Part shown: positions 38,039 through 52,600 of the stretch, piece by piece
Numbering within the stretch: the stretch's first letter is position 1
How the letters are laid out: every line of letters begins with the position of its first letter
Source: Trichoplax adhaerens
Taxonomy: Eukaryota > Animalia > Placozoa
Direction of reading: 5' to 3'
Length of the DNA stretch: 64,000 nt
NCBI RefSeq assembly: GCF_000150275.1
Contig: NW_002060944.1
Location: 8,704,159 to 8,768,158, forward strand
Program-made: the position numbers and the translations under genes
The notes under the pieces: model-generated
What the model saw: only the letters and a program-made list of their open reading frames with translations
Told to the model about the DNA's origin: nothing
The model's database searches: none

Positions 38039-39559
38039 TATATTGATACCTTTTGGGTCGATGATTACGTTGTATATTTTTATAGTACAATTACAAAAGT
38101 CATCATTGATGATTGATTGATGTTGCAACTACATCTTATTTGTGTTACAGTAACTATGGAGCACTTCTATGAAAAAGGATATAGTAAATCGATTGTTTTA
38201 AATGCCGCAAGTATTGTGAGAGTCACGAGTTAGAAGAATTATTGTAATAACAATATACTGTACAGGATAGTGTCTCCAGTTAATAATTAAGCAACATAAT
38301 TTCATAAAGACTTTACTAAAACCGTAGTGATGTGGCTAAGGATCGACTGGATATTCAATGTTTATAGAATTTTCGATTGTAGTCTTGTTCTGATATATAG
38401 TAATTATCAATGTGTACGTATTAAGTTAGTGACTTTTACGGCTTTGTATAAGTTCATGAATTTTAATGAGTCCTGTTTAGTTTCAATTATAAATTAGCTT
38501 TCATTTAATAGTCACCTTTTTAGGCACTGTTATAAATTTTAAACTCGAGCTGTTTTTACTGATACAATCGTGTTATTATACTCAAATAAAATTTAATTTA
38601 CGCATCATATTTGCTATCGACCTTCAGTAATATTGTAGGATGCACTCTAGCTAATCTCACTGTATCAGTGAGCTTGAAATATAATAAATAGTAGTAGCTC
38701 TCGAATGTTCTTGAAATGAGAGACATCATGACGCTAAGCTATTGGCATGAACTTACAGGTTTTAAAATCTAGAAATCTATGGTATTGGTAATGTTTTTAA
38801 GGAAAGTAATACTTATTTATGACTTTATGATGGATTTGCTGAAGAACATCTAAGGTCATCAGTAACTTTGTAATCCTTGACAATAGCAGAATATCGTAAA
38901 TTCATTTATTGCCATTCAATCATTTTGCCTACTTACTACTTTAGATTTTGCATAGATTTCAACTATAACCCAATGTGTTCTTGTACAGCCAAATACAGTA
39001 TCTCATCGTAAACTTCAGTATTTTTCGACAGATATTATTTCGCTCGAAGACGCAATTACCCCAGATCAATCGCTTGTATTTGCGGAAGCCATAACATAGT
39101 GCATGGCTTGTATCAGAGAATCGTGCATTACTTTTACTTTAGGCTATATAGCACACTATTTGCCATAGACTTTCGAAGCAGTTATAATTAAACACTGTTC
39201 AAATCAAATAGTATTCGTAAAATTAATTTTCGATTTGAATGAATCACAGAGCAATTTATTACCGTATCATGAAATTAAGCCCGACTATGTAACTAATTAT
39301 GTAAAACAAAGTTCATCCTAGTACTCTAGGCACTATTCAGGTAGCTATACCGTAACATGGTATAGAAATACTTAGTAAATAGCTCAATTTAACGGAAAAT
39401 AAGGTTCGAGGCCTATTTTCATGTGACAAGCGTAGCACCAATATTATCATACAGCTATGACCATCGATGTTCTACTTAATTTTATCATCTTATAATGAAA
39501 CTTCTAGATTTGATATATGCCAGTATAGCGAGAGAGGTTAATAGTAACTCACTAAATTA

Positions 39560-41295
39560 TCAGTCTTTCGCAGAAAATGCAGGATTATCATATTCATTCG
39601 TAGATGACTCCAGGCGATCCAGATTATACTCCGGCCCTATAGTTATGTAATATCGTGTTTGATGTTTAGTCTTCAAGTTACATAGTACCTAGAGGCGACT
39701 GTATAATATGACCGCCTCATAGACGGAACATACGGAGTTCTAACACCATGTGGAATTGTTTATTATTACTAGTAAACGTAGCATTTACTTACTGGGCAAA
39801 TCTGATCTTTTACTTGATGGGTGTTTAACATCGATCATGCTTGGATTGTTTGATAGTGAATAAAGACGATAAGGAAGTAAAGAAAGTGTTTACTATAGTT
39901 TATGGCTAAGATGACAGTGTGAGAATAGGCTAAACTAGATCAGTGGCATAAATGATAGCGCTCTGATACTAAAGTAATAACGATAATTAATCTGTAATAG
40001 AACTTTCCCTTTCTTCTGTAGGAAAATATATGCTGCCAAAATTATTGCAACACCAATTATGCTTTCAATAGCAATACCGATATACGTGCCAGCTGAAATA
40101 AATACATCACTGTCAGTATGACGATAACTGCAACCTATATATGAATGCATTATATATATAATGTATTAGGTTGCTTTTACCGCTTTGTGTTGCAGGACTT
40201 TGACAGTTATCTCCACCAAAGCCTCCAGAACAGCTAAAATCGGATAAAAATTTATGAACATGCATTACTTGAATTCTTAATTTTAATTTTAAAATCCTAA
40301 TACGCGTATTTTTTTATATTAAAATTTCTTCGGGTACAAAATATATCTGAGTATGGAATATCAACTAAACCGATTTTCAAAGTGGCTATATAACTAAAAA
40401 ATTATAATATTTGATTACTGCAATACCTGTAAGTTGGCTTGTTATTCATGTTACTTTGACCATTGTGGCTGCAATGCCCTCGTGAACAAACAAGTCTGCA
40501 TTACGCGGACGTCGGAGTCAAAGATAAACATAGCATGAATAAATATAGACGTTGTACGTAAAGTTAGGATAGATAAATTAAGAATGTATTAACAATTCTT
40601 AGTTTCAGAGTTATCTAGTCTGAGCGGTAAATAATAACTTCCCCTCTACATACTTATATTTGATGGATTAGACATTAAAATTTGATTATTAGTTGGATTC
40701 CGAGCGCGTCATGAAAACACTCCATCGTCACCGATCGACATCGGGCTGAAAGTTAGGTAAGATGTAATTCTAGATTTCAGATTGCTAACTACTTCCGTGA
40801 TGTTAGTAGTATTTCTAGAAGTAAACGCTGTATTATCTTTCATCCATGTTATAGGAAGTAGGGGCCGCCCTACAGCTACATTCTAATCTTGCAAAAGAGC
40901 CAACCTTGAATGTACTTGTATTAGCGGCAATAGATAGTATAGCAACTCCGATAGCTACAATAAATTAAAATGTACAGCACACTATTTGTACAAGATGCTC
41001 AATTATTTCCCATCATTCATTTATCGTCTTACTTTGAAAAAGGTATCACATGGATTTCCAATAATTCCAAAGTTACAGCTAAAATATTAAAAGGAGGCCA
41101 CTAAGGCTATCGTAATAGTGTTTTGCATGAATATTAATTACCTAAGTCAGGTGAAGCTAAATTTGGTACTATTAGGAATAGCATTTTTCCTGTTGTTAAA
41201 CCAAAATATGCTTTATCTGCCTTGCAATAAATCGCTACCAACGATATTACTACATGTTCCATTACCATTACAAAATTTCGGAAAGCAAGACATTC
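39560..41295 (-). pseudogene. Decayed paralog of the 3' end (EGF-Ig-EGF-TM-tail) of the SRCR/Ig-EGF receptor gene
   Basis: Exon-by-exon similarity, e.g. [13 protein letters not shown] and [13 protein letters not shown]. The Ig exon has a frameshift at ~40878 and TGA replacing Cys at 40709-40711. EGF cysteines are lost (C>S, C>Y, C>G), and a GT donor is mutated to AT at ~41216. Confidence 0.85.
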
Positions 41296-43523
41296 CTAAT
41301 TTACAATCACAGGAACGAATTCGATTGTGTAAATCAAAAAATCAAGCATTTAATATTCTAACCAGACATTAATATACGGATTTAGAATCTTAAATATTAT
41401 CAACAAGCTATACGTAATAAATAACAGCGGAAAGATAGGTTTGACCAACGTGTAGCGTTAACAATTGATATCTAAGCCATAAACAAGTAGACTTACTCCT
41501 AGCTAGGGCACCAGCAATTTCTTGTGTGGTTTCAGTATGAGTTACTTAAGCTACCTTTACATGATCGGCGTGTTACTAGTACAAGTGATACCTTTTCTTC
41601 TCAAAACAAGTAACTGAAAGACCAGTGATATTCGGTCAGACTTTTGTGGCTTGCCGCTGAAAATATTCAATTTTTTATATTTGTAGCCGTTAGATACTTG
41701 GTCATTGAACGATTATTGGCTTAGACTTTGCCACCTGAAAAGTACTACAGTGGCTTCTATCTCAGTATAGAGAGAAGTGTGGTTAATGTATATTGTAATA
41801 AAATAATTCGAAAGAGTTTATAACTTAACTAATTAATGAGATGTAAACGGCAAATTATCGCTTACTGTTGAACGCAAACTGCTCATGTAAAGCTAGCTTA
41901 ATGTATTCGTTAACACATAACTGCTGTAATTAGCTGAAATCATTGCGTTGCTGTAGTATTTAATTGTAATCAATTGTTACGGTGTTGCCTTGTCATTAGG
42001 ATAGTTGAATAAGTACAGTAATAGCTATTATGGAGAATATCCATATTTGCAGTGCTAGGTAAGATAAGTAATGCCTTAACGTGGATGTTGTTTGTAGTAG
42101 TTCATTACATATTTGATATTGATTGTTATTGAGTGATAGATAGCAATAAGATGATTCAAATTCTAGTTGATGATAGTTGAATTAGACAATCTACGAGCTT
42201 AGATTAAGATTAAGTATGAGTAAGAGATTCAAAATATTTACTGATAGAAAAGCTATGTAAGGAATATCTTAGTTCGAGGTGTTTCTCCTAGTAAGGTATA
42301 ATAATAATACTGTTGTTGTTTATAAATTATACGGTTCCTATAAAAACTGGAACATTTGAGTTGAGTGGGGTGGTAAAAAGCTGTAGATGTATCTTTGCTA
42401 ATAAAAGTTTCATCTTTACAGTATTTTGCTGTAAGTGTTCAATGTTAAGTAAAAGGGCGTTTAAGTCAGTAGCTACTTATAGACTTTACTGTACGTTACC
42501 TTGTCGCAGAAGTGAAATTGTGACATCACTATATAAGAATGCTAAATGAACCAAGTTTAGCTCTCCATTCTTTATAGTAATTGGTACTAGTTGATAGCGT
42601 GACAGGCGTATAATGAAATTATTGATAATATTTATAGCAATAACTAGAGGAACAGCATCATGAGATTATTTTTAATTATTATCTTTTTCATCTATGTATC
42701 ATCATTGTTCGACCGTGGTAAACAGACTCATCTGAACTAGTTTACGCCAATATAGTAATTATGTGAATAGAAAATAATTAGAAAATGAAAGTGTTAAGGA
42801 AAATAGTAGTAACCAGATAAGGTGACAAATAATATATTAATTAAATTATAATATGAAAAATGATTATATCAACTAATCTATGAATTATTTACCGTTACAC
42901 TTCCTATTTACAGATAAATTATACATCTTATAACTTATAATTCATGCTCAATAAATTGAAACTTAAAATCTTTTCCGATAGAAATTTATTCTTATATGTC
43001 ATCTTGTTACAACTTCCAAATTTTGTAAAAAGTACTAGATCTGCATTCAGCGAGGAGACCCAGTAATTAAGTTGAAGAACTAACTTTATTGTTAAAATAA
43101 AGAGTTTATATTCTTTCTTTATTGTGACCTTTGATCTACTAACGTATATCACAAGATCATCACTAACAGAAAGGTTTCCCTAGTTTAGACATTACAAATA
43201 GACTATCATGCCAAGTATGGCAACATGAGAATACATATATAGATAACCTTAATATAGTACCATAACTACATCTATATGCGCATGACGTGATAACATCGGG
43301 ATATTTAACCATATATAGAAAGAAGGTAACATACTAATTATGTAACTATTACAGAACGTGACGCATCTTTACTATGGTGTGAAACGTGTAGCATGATATC
43401 AAATATTTCATCCATCAAGTAGATATAGGTAATAAGATCTAAGTCATATAAAGCTAATAATGTAATATACTGCAATTAGTTGTGTGACTTGTAGCAATAT
43501 GCCAATGGCCGGATTAAAGTAAC

Positions 43524-43659
43524 CAGGGACTACTCAACTAAAAATTCTCCTTTAAAAGCCGTAACTAAAAAATTTTTCGCCTACATTAAATACACGGAAC
43601 TAGGGGAAAAACATTTTAGTTACGGCTTTTAAAGGAGAATTTTTAGTTAAGTAGTTCTT
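43524..43659. mobile_element. hAT-like MITE (fold-back element) with 8-bp TSD
   Basis: Starts CAGGG. Inverted arms of ~58 bp (core aactaaaaattctcctttaaaagccgtaactaaaa). Flanked by the direct repeat aaagtaac at 43516-43523 and 43660-43667. Confidence 0.8.
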
Positions 43660-45496
43660 AAAGTAACATAGAAGATGTGACAACTATGATTCTCATCATT
43701 CATAAAATTTAAGATTACGTCATTAATCAATTATTTAGGCTATGCTACACAGTTTGTCAAGTGCGCTCGTTTATTTATACCATCTTTTGTAGGAAACTTA
43801 TAAATGAATAAAGATGATTTTTAATTTATATTAAATAGCCAGATATTGTCGAGCTGATTAATTACGGTATTGACAAAGAATGGAAAATAAAGGACAGTCT
43901 TTAAATTATCCAATAAACTTTCAGATTAATTAACAGCTGGTAAGTGTAACTTTCTTAAACATCACGCAAACGGTCTGATGAGGTTATTATTAATCATTAT
44001 TATAGGAAAGGCAATGCAAATTCATCATTTTAAACTGTAATTTAGTTATTACTATAGGTAATATTACCTTGTGAAGTAATGCCAACTATATTTTTCGGCT
44101 TAGCTCTTACAAATAAGAGCACGCTTTCATTCTTTTAAATAAATAGGAAATTCCCAATATTATGTTACTTGCTATGATACCGAAGTAACAGCCCAAATTG
44201 TAAATCTATAGGAATGTATATCCTGGCCAATCTAGTTTACTGCTTATGCAATAAAATCAGAATTTATTTGACTATTACGGTCAGTCTGAGAATTGGCCGC
44301 TTAATTCTTATGAATAATGGTAACATTGTCATTATTAAGAGTAAACTATATCAAATTCATTTCAATTCATCAAAAAGAACTTAAATTATTTATTATAATC
44401 AGTCACAATTGCACATTACGACGACTTTTTTTCAATGGATTTACTATATAAGTTGGAGTCAAATGTATCTTAAGAACTAGACCACCTAGGTGGAACATTT
44501 CCAACTAACTCAATTACAGGGAAAACTTGCCTAATTATTAATATATTCAAATTCTTACACTGATTGTAAAAATATTTGATATATTTAAACATGAATAAAT
44601 ATGCAGTAGCAAGAATAAAAATTCTGTTTTTCAGCATCACATTCAATAATAAATAACTCAAGCAATTACGACATCTGTTTTGTTCTTGGCTTATGAATTT
44701 CTGCTAAGAAGTCCCTGGTTACGTTTTTAGCTCAACATCTTGTCACTTACACTTACATACAATTATCTAAATAATAAAACTTTGACAATTACTTATAAAA
44801 AAATTATGTTTAGGACGGTAAATTTATCCATTAGACTACTCATGATCATGTTAGAGTTACATATATAATGCAAAGCAAAATTTGCTATCGGCTGCCAACA
44901 TTTACTTAAGATAATGTCAATTACCATGATAACAATATAATTTCTGACTACACAAAACTATATTTCTTACAATACTTTCGCCAATACAGAAAGTTATCCT
45001 GATAAATACTTAAAATTAAATAACATTTGATAATGGTTATTATAATTTTACAATTGATTTGTTGCAATAGCCCAATAATATCATATCAAAAACATCTTAG
45101 TTTGTTTACCTAAATCGTTACTAATTGTATTATAAAGTTTGTCCTTTCATCTATTTAAAGATTTCATTCTCACTCGGTAACGTAATTAATGTAAGTAAAA
45201 GAGATAATTTTTAAACCATACCAGACCAATAATTGGCTCTTTAGATGATTGTATTTCTTTCCAGGACAAACTCATCGATTGATCTGATCGTTTTAATATT
45301 TGGATTTGATACCCATATTCTCGTTAATGCTGGTACGGTAACACCAAATGAATAATTTATTTGTATTATGATCAAGATAGAGAAACATTTTCAGTTATTT
45401 TAAGCTAAAGATCTACGATGAATTAATTCCTATTTTCCTTATTTTCGTCCTTACTCAATCATTTCCACATTGATTTCGACATAGACCGATGCCATC

Positions 45497-46498
45497 ATGA
45501 ACGAATCTAGCGAAAATAACACCATCGATTATGAACTAATTAATAGCATAGCATTTCTATCGGCTATTCCGATCACTATTATTGGCTTAGTAGTGAATTT
45601 ATTCATTCTTTATATTCTCATCTCAGATAAAAATTTTCATAAAACTACTTACTATCTAATACGATTCTCCGTTCTATCTGATATCGCGTCCACAGGCGCA
45701 TCTAGTTTATCTTTTACTACTGGATCCGTACTGCAACTGCAACTCTATCAAGGCACAATACTTTGTCGCATGTTCATTTTCATCATTCTGGCATCATATG
45801 GCGTATCGATGATGACATTATGCATTATAAGTGCCGATCGTTACATGGCGATTGTTAAACCAATGTCTCAATTCTATCGTCGATATAAGAAACTTATCAT
45901 CTTCCTATTACAAATGGTAGTTTGCTGTATATCGCTTGTAATGGCAATACCAGCTTTACTATTTATAGGTACTTATTCTGATGATACGAAATTTTGTGAT
46001 TTTCCTACCGTAACTTCATCAACTGCCCTATACTTTATCATGAGTTCGATTGTATTATATTTTATGCCAGTAACCTTCTTAGTAGTGGCATACTGTAAAA
46101 TTATATTCCACATGAAAAATCATATTAGGCCACCTGGATTATCAGTTCAACAAGCGGCCGAACGAAATCTAAAGAAACGAAAATTTATTCAATCCTTGAT
46201 GTCTATCACAGCCGCGTACGTATTAACTACTTGGCCATTTTGGGCGACAAGTATAGGCATGGCAATCACACAAAAATCAATGCGCCAAATTCGCCAGCTA
46301 GGTCTATTCTGGTATCTTTTAGCATTTGCATCATTCACGGTAACTACTTCAATTAGTGTGGTTAATCCTTTTCTATATTTAAAATTTGATAGCAATATCA
46401 GAAAAAAAGCAGCAGCTCTACTGAAGAGGTCAGCTGATGCCAATGACTATTATAATCCATCAACTCGAATAACAGTTATGACTCAAAACACAGTATAA
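45497..46498 (+). CDS. Intronless rhodopsin-like orphan GPCR, 333 aa
   Basis: Seven TM segments, TM2 SD, TM3 C, DRY, ECL2 C, TM6 WPFW and TM7 NPFLY. Confidence 0.95.
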   Translation: MNESSENNTIDYELINSIAFLSAIPITIIGLVVNLFILYILISDKNFHKTTYYLIRFSVLSDIASTGASSLSFTTGSVLQLQLYQGTILCRMFIFIILASYGVSMMTLCIISADRYMAIVKPMSQFYRRYKKLIIFLLQMVVCCISLVMAIPALLFIGTYSDDTKFCDFPTVTSSTALYFIMSSIVLYFMPVTFLVVAYCKIIFHMKNHIRPPGLSVQQAAERNLKKRKFIQSLMSITAAYVLTTWPFWATSIGMAITQKSMRQIRQLGLFWYLLAFASFTVTTSISVVNPFLYLKFDSNIRKKAAALLKRSADANDYYNPSTRITVMTQNTV

Positions 46499-49400
46499 TA
46501 AAATATAAGGGTGTTACAATTATTAATTTGCGCACATTTATACAAAGTTTGAAGCTTAATAAGGAAATGGTGATAATTGGTCAAAATATACCCTGTAATG
46601 GATTTTACTATTATTTTCTGGACAAATGCCACCTTTTCGTAGACTCCAATATTATTGAAATTTAAATCAAAATATATACCTTATTTTAATTTAAGCTTGA
46701 ATGTAAAGAGTCTCTTAGCCTAATTATACGTATATATGAGAAATTTATCGAATTTATTTCTATATGATATTACTTTGGAATATATATTAACAGTCATTTT
46801 ATTGCTAATTAAGGGTAGCGAAAGCAAAACTTCTTCCGATGGAATGACTTATTTTATGTCAGTTACTTTGTAAGAAGCTATCATTATTAGCTCAACGAAT
46901 TGATGAAACTTTATGAAGCTATAATAATTTTCTACTCGCATATTCCGTTATATTTAGAATTTTCAATAAATCCAACATATTTTAAAGTTTTAACTGGTAC
47001 TAAAGTTCATTTTACTTAGGTTGAATCAGTCAATTGGCTGAAAGAAAGTATTTGCCCGTTTTACTCGATATTAAATCTGTTACATCATATTGAATGGATC
47101 AATCAATCAATCACGTCCGTTCATTCTTAATCGGGCAGATTTTTACGTCAAAGTAAAAAAAAATTAAACAATACATCATATATAAGTTAAGGAACTTCTT
47201 AATACATCGTAATAGTATTGCAAGAGTTGCTGGTACGACTGCTACTTAAAATAGTTAGATAAAGCGTTTTTTTTATAATCAGGCTGTATACGTAATTAAT
47301 GTCAGTATTCCAATCCGGTCTAATCAAATCGTCCGGTTCAGAACTATTCAAGTAAGCAGCTAGATTTTGCAATTGAGGCAGTAATTTAGACTGTTTATCA
47401 ATTCAAATATTGCATCAATTCAGATACATATCTTACCAAGAATTGTTATTTCGATAATGAATTAAGAAAAATTGCCGGAACTTAATGAAAGATGATTTAA
47501 ATTAGATTATAATTTAAAATACTAAAGTCTTCTACTCGAAATAGAACTCAATTAGTGTTGTTTAAACTTTCTATTGTTTAAGTTTAATGTAAAAGCCTGG
47601 AAACATGAATTTAGTATCACACTTTAGTTGCTTCCATTTAAAGAAGTTCATTCGTGATAATAATAAAGTATATCATACGTAGCAACATACACAGCATAGA
47701 TGTAATTTAAACTAGCAATTCTATATCTTGGCGTAGGAGATAAAGTTTGTTTAAAAATATCTTTGAGATTATTTAAAATTGCTGTCGGATGTTCTGAAGG
47801 CTATATCAAGCCTATGCACATTTATAGGAAACCTGATGGACAATGTGTAGATAAATATTTAAATCTGTCTTAAAATTTCATATAAAATGGATCATTCTTT
47901 TATCAGCTATTTCAGATTAATTGATGTATTACTTTCAAGCGATAATGTTTGACTAGTTAAAATCCGTTCCATATTTTATGAATTTATGAATGTTCGTCAT
48001 ATTTATCGACTAATTGCGGTGATAAAATTAATATAAGATAACGCTAGAGATTATGGTACATATCAACTCAAGCTTTGCAATAGCTAATAAAAATGAATTC
48101 GGTTACCGTTATATCATCCATTCCATATGAGATATAAAATCAGAAACGCTTATGTTGCTATTAATAATATAGTGCAATTTTCATATACACCAGATTTATA
48201 TTTGGCTTTTACTCTCATTCAATTTTATCGAAGACATAAGGTACTGTAACTTGATTCAAAAGTTAATTATATTCTTACCACTCCTCATACATAAACTACA
48301 GGTATTTTCTCCAGTTGTGTTTCTTTCCATGCGTTATAAGAGCGATTCTCAATCGTCTATTAGGCCAATTATTTCTGCTAGTTACACCACAATCTTATAC
48401 ATCTACGTTATTCTACTCTATATTCGCTGCTCGACTGTATCACATCAATTAATATTATGCGCTACATGATTTTTCTCAATACTGATTGCAATAAAGAGTA
48501 CGATATTTGTTACTTCTAATTAAACCGCCATTCTTTACTGTTTCAGTGACTTTCGATCTGCAGAAACATCACATTAATGTAATATTTTGTATATTTAATA
48601 GATTTGCTTTGTTGTCCTTTCTGTTTTTCGTTCATTTATATAATCATTTTTCTGGTATAAGGGCAAGTTTTAAAGTTTTGACAAACCGATACCGTAATTT
48701 GTAGATCGAAGAGACCTTGACTACCTAAATAATTTTGTATTTAACGATAATTTGCACCCTAAAATGAAATACGATATAATGCTAATAATAAATTTACACA
48801 GTTAATATCTAAATTAAAAATATATCAGTTAAATAGGTCGTAACAGTCCAAAATGTAAGTAGTTCGCTGCAGTTTATTCCCCAAAATTTATCCTAAAATA
48901 GGAGCCATGAAACTATGGTTTTTCATAATTTGATCGACTTTAGTACATAATGTAGTAGATTCAAGATAAAATAGTCAGTCTAATTGTACTAATAAAGCTA
49001 CAAGACAGTGTTATTACCCTAATCTTCGGCATATTTGTTCATTAAACTATGCTACGTAGCATCTAGGTGAATAGAAAGATATTCAGTGTTTTTGATAGCA
49101 TAACACTGATTTATAATTAAATTTTTTGTTAGATGGCTACGTGATGTAATAGCGAAACTATCTAAAAAATAAGGCTACCAGCATTTTTTGATTTTTCGGG
49201 AAAATACTAAATATTTTGATCAAATTAAGATAATCGATGACAGAGAATTGAACAAAATTAAAATTTACAGCACAGCTATTATTTTATGAAATGAATGAAA
49301 CCCTGAAATAATTTTATTCTTAAAATAATGATTGTCCAAAATGTTTATTTGCATAAATAACTAAACACTATCACAACAACGGAAATGCTGGAAAAGAGAG

Positions 49401-49699
49401 CGAGTAGATCCTCATATCTTGTGTATTAACGTAGAATAGATAAACTGTAATGTATGTATTTGCAGCTAGAATTTCTTGATTTGAAATACACTAGTATAGC
49501 ATTACGCTTAAGCTTAAAATGTTGGAACAAAATGTAGATTAATAGTGACTTACTTTATATAACTGGCATTAACTTCAAGTAATCGTATCCGTAAACGTAT
49601 GCTACTGAATATGCTAGGTTAAATTGATATCTAAAATAATATTTCGAATACGATATGTGCCAGCCACCGATATAAGTCAGGGAAGCTCATGGTAATGCG

Positions 49700-52600
49700 T
49701 CAATCTTCTTTACAAAATTCAGTACTAGTATATTCTTCGGTTAGAGACGAAACAAGAACATTCATGTCATGATCTGCTCCTCCTAAAATTTAATTTTGTG
49801 TATGATAACTCGGCCTCAGAATGTGTGGCATCAAAAGATTACTGTATAGTAAGAGCGTTGTATAGGCTAAATATCCAGGATTTCTAGGGTAATCGAAATA
49901 TTCTATATATTACTAGTGACTTTTTTGGTACATACCTAAGTTCATTGTAGGTCTTTTAAGTGCTAGACATCTAGTCCCAATAAATCTAAAATCATAAAAT
50001 ATTTAATAATGAAGGTGGAAATAAAAGCGTATATAAGTTCAATCTAAGATTACGATATGGATCTACACCAAATTCGGTTTATTAGCAGTATGATTCTACA
50101 TCTCTATAACTTATATACTACGCAGACAAAATTTACTAACCGAATTATACAGAAGAAACAAGAAAATATTCTATGTATATATATATATTAAAAAAATGGA
50201 ATAGATCGCGCGAAATTGAAATTGACTAGTCAATTGATTACCGGTATTGGTTGGCCATTATCGGTAATGTCGATATGACTAGTCAATTTCATTACCGGTA
50301 TTGGCTGGCCATTATCGGTAATGGACTGGCCATTACCGGTAATGGCTGATATTATCGGTAATGGCCAGCCATTAACGGTAATATCATCATTACCGACATT
50401 GGCCGTAACATATATACTATTATTCCAATAATAAATATGCTAGTCGGTAGCAGAGCTTACCTTTTCCTCCATAGTAAAGCGAATACTCCTACAACTGCCA
50501 GGACTCCAACAACACATCCAACAGCAACTCCAATAATTGTGCCATCTGAAATACATTTATGTGAGCAATGCAGTGATTTGAATTTCAGAATGAATATATA
50601 AATTCATAGCAATAAATCTATAATAGTGATGGTTGATTGTTTCTTACTAGTTTGTGTTATAGGACTTTGACAGTTATCGCCACCAAAACCTCCTGAACAG
50701 CTAAGTAATGAATACAAAGTTTACAAAATTCCTATATTTTAATTCCGTCAGATTGTAGGTACTAGGGTAATAAATCAAAATTTGAGGTACAGAGAACGTT
50801 AAACTCTAATGGTAATCTATAATGGAAAGTTTGTATATTTGTAAACGAATCGATAATTGAATAAGGATAAAAGAAACGAATTAGATTATTATTTAGAAAT
50901 ATGAGTAATGATTTCATCGCACCCAGAGTTTAAGGATGGAATGAAGATAAAGTATAATCTTACACTAACACCCGATTTTTTAAACAATTACATTAACATT
51001 CATTACTTCTAAAGTAATTTCCTAAACTATTGCACGGCTTTGTCAAGATTTAACTAGTATGTTAAATGTTGATACAAACTCAAAAATAACGAAAACCGAG
51101 CGTAATATGAATTTGTTAACATTCTTTGGGATACAAATGATAACTAGGTATGGTCCCAAATATCGCTTAAATCTATTTCATCATGGCTGTATGACTGATG
51201 ACTGAGAATAATCTTCAACTTTTCCTTACCTGCAAATTGGTATATTGTTTTGCATGTTACATTGCCCATTATTACTACAATATTCTTCTGAGCAAACAAA
51301 GCCTAGACAGTTGTCAACGAATAGTATATCAGTTCCAAAGATACATTCATGTGTGATATGCACACATATGTAAAGAAGAAATTTCTTAGATACTTCAAAA
51401 CATATCGCTAATATCATAATTAAGTAGCTTCAGTTGTAACTAATTATTCTCCCTACTTATACGACTTGGAACTGAAGATAAGACATGGTTATTAGTAGGA
51501 TCTTTAACACGGCACGAATAAACTCCACTATCACGGATCGATAGCGGGCTAAAAGCTAGGTAAGACGTAATTCTAGATTTCTCTTGGCTGACAATTTCTA
51601 TAATTTTGCTAGTATTTCCTGTTACTAAAGTCGCCTCATCTTTCGTCCAAGTTAAAGAGGGCAGTGGACGTCCTATGGCTTGACACTGTAATCTTGCATA
51701 AGAGCCGACTTTGAATGTACTTGTGTTAGTAGAGATAGATTCTACACCGACTGGAATCACTATAATGTAATAATCATACCGAACGATTATTATCTTTTAC
51801 AATAATATTTAAAATCAAATAGAAAGGGAGTAAAATTATACAAAACTGACTCTCTAATTGAGTTTCGCAATTTTTGCCAATGTACAAAGGACCGCAGCTA
51901 AATATTTTAAAATTGGAATTAAGAGTAAGTTTAACAACATACATGTATTTTAGTTCCTGTCAGAAGTTTCGAAGAGAAAAGTAGCAGTAAGAATGTGATC
52001 ATATCGCTAGAAATTAGCTTATTGCATAGGTGTAGCTTAATGACTACCGGTATTGTATGATACAATATTTTGGGGGCATATAGCTGTACTTGGTATATAT
52101 TATAAATACTAGAATTTAATTTCACATGCGATATTTCTTGTACAAGTACATTTACTGATATTACAATGTAATTCTTTAGTACTAATTCTGGGAATGTATA
52201 ATATTGCACACTATGGGCAAGTACTTAATAGTATCTAATTTAACGCTAATTTTGCATGAAACATCCCGTACATGATACATCGCGCTAATTCTGTACTGTT
52301 ACTCTTTCAGTATACAGTATCGGTATGCAAATAATTTAGAACAATCTTAATTAAAAATTTGAGCTTATGGAACGTGATCCATTGGCCTCATTATATACAA
52401 AATTGTGATAGGCAGCCGCGTAAATACTCGAATGTACATTAATGAGAATTTACTGCAGCTACTAGGTGAGTATGCTAGTGTACATAACTACCATACACTT
52501 TTTTATAGTATAGTTTATCAAATTACGGTACTTCATTTCGCCTTTAAAAGTATCTTTGGAAATTTAATGTACCATGCAAACCCACTTCTTATTTAGTACT

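Noticed and set aside
48250-48710. Possible decayed GPCR (RYK-AIL-like stretch, hydrophobic ORFs); similar hints at ~350-780 and ~4580-4730
   Set aside because: Too degraded to distinguish from AT-rich noise without a profile search.
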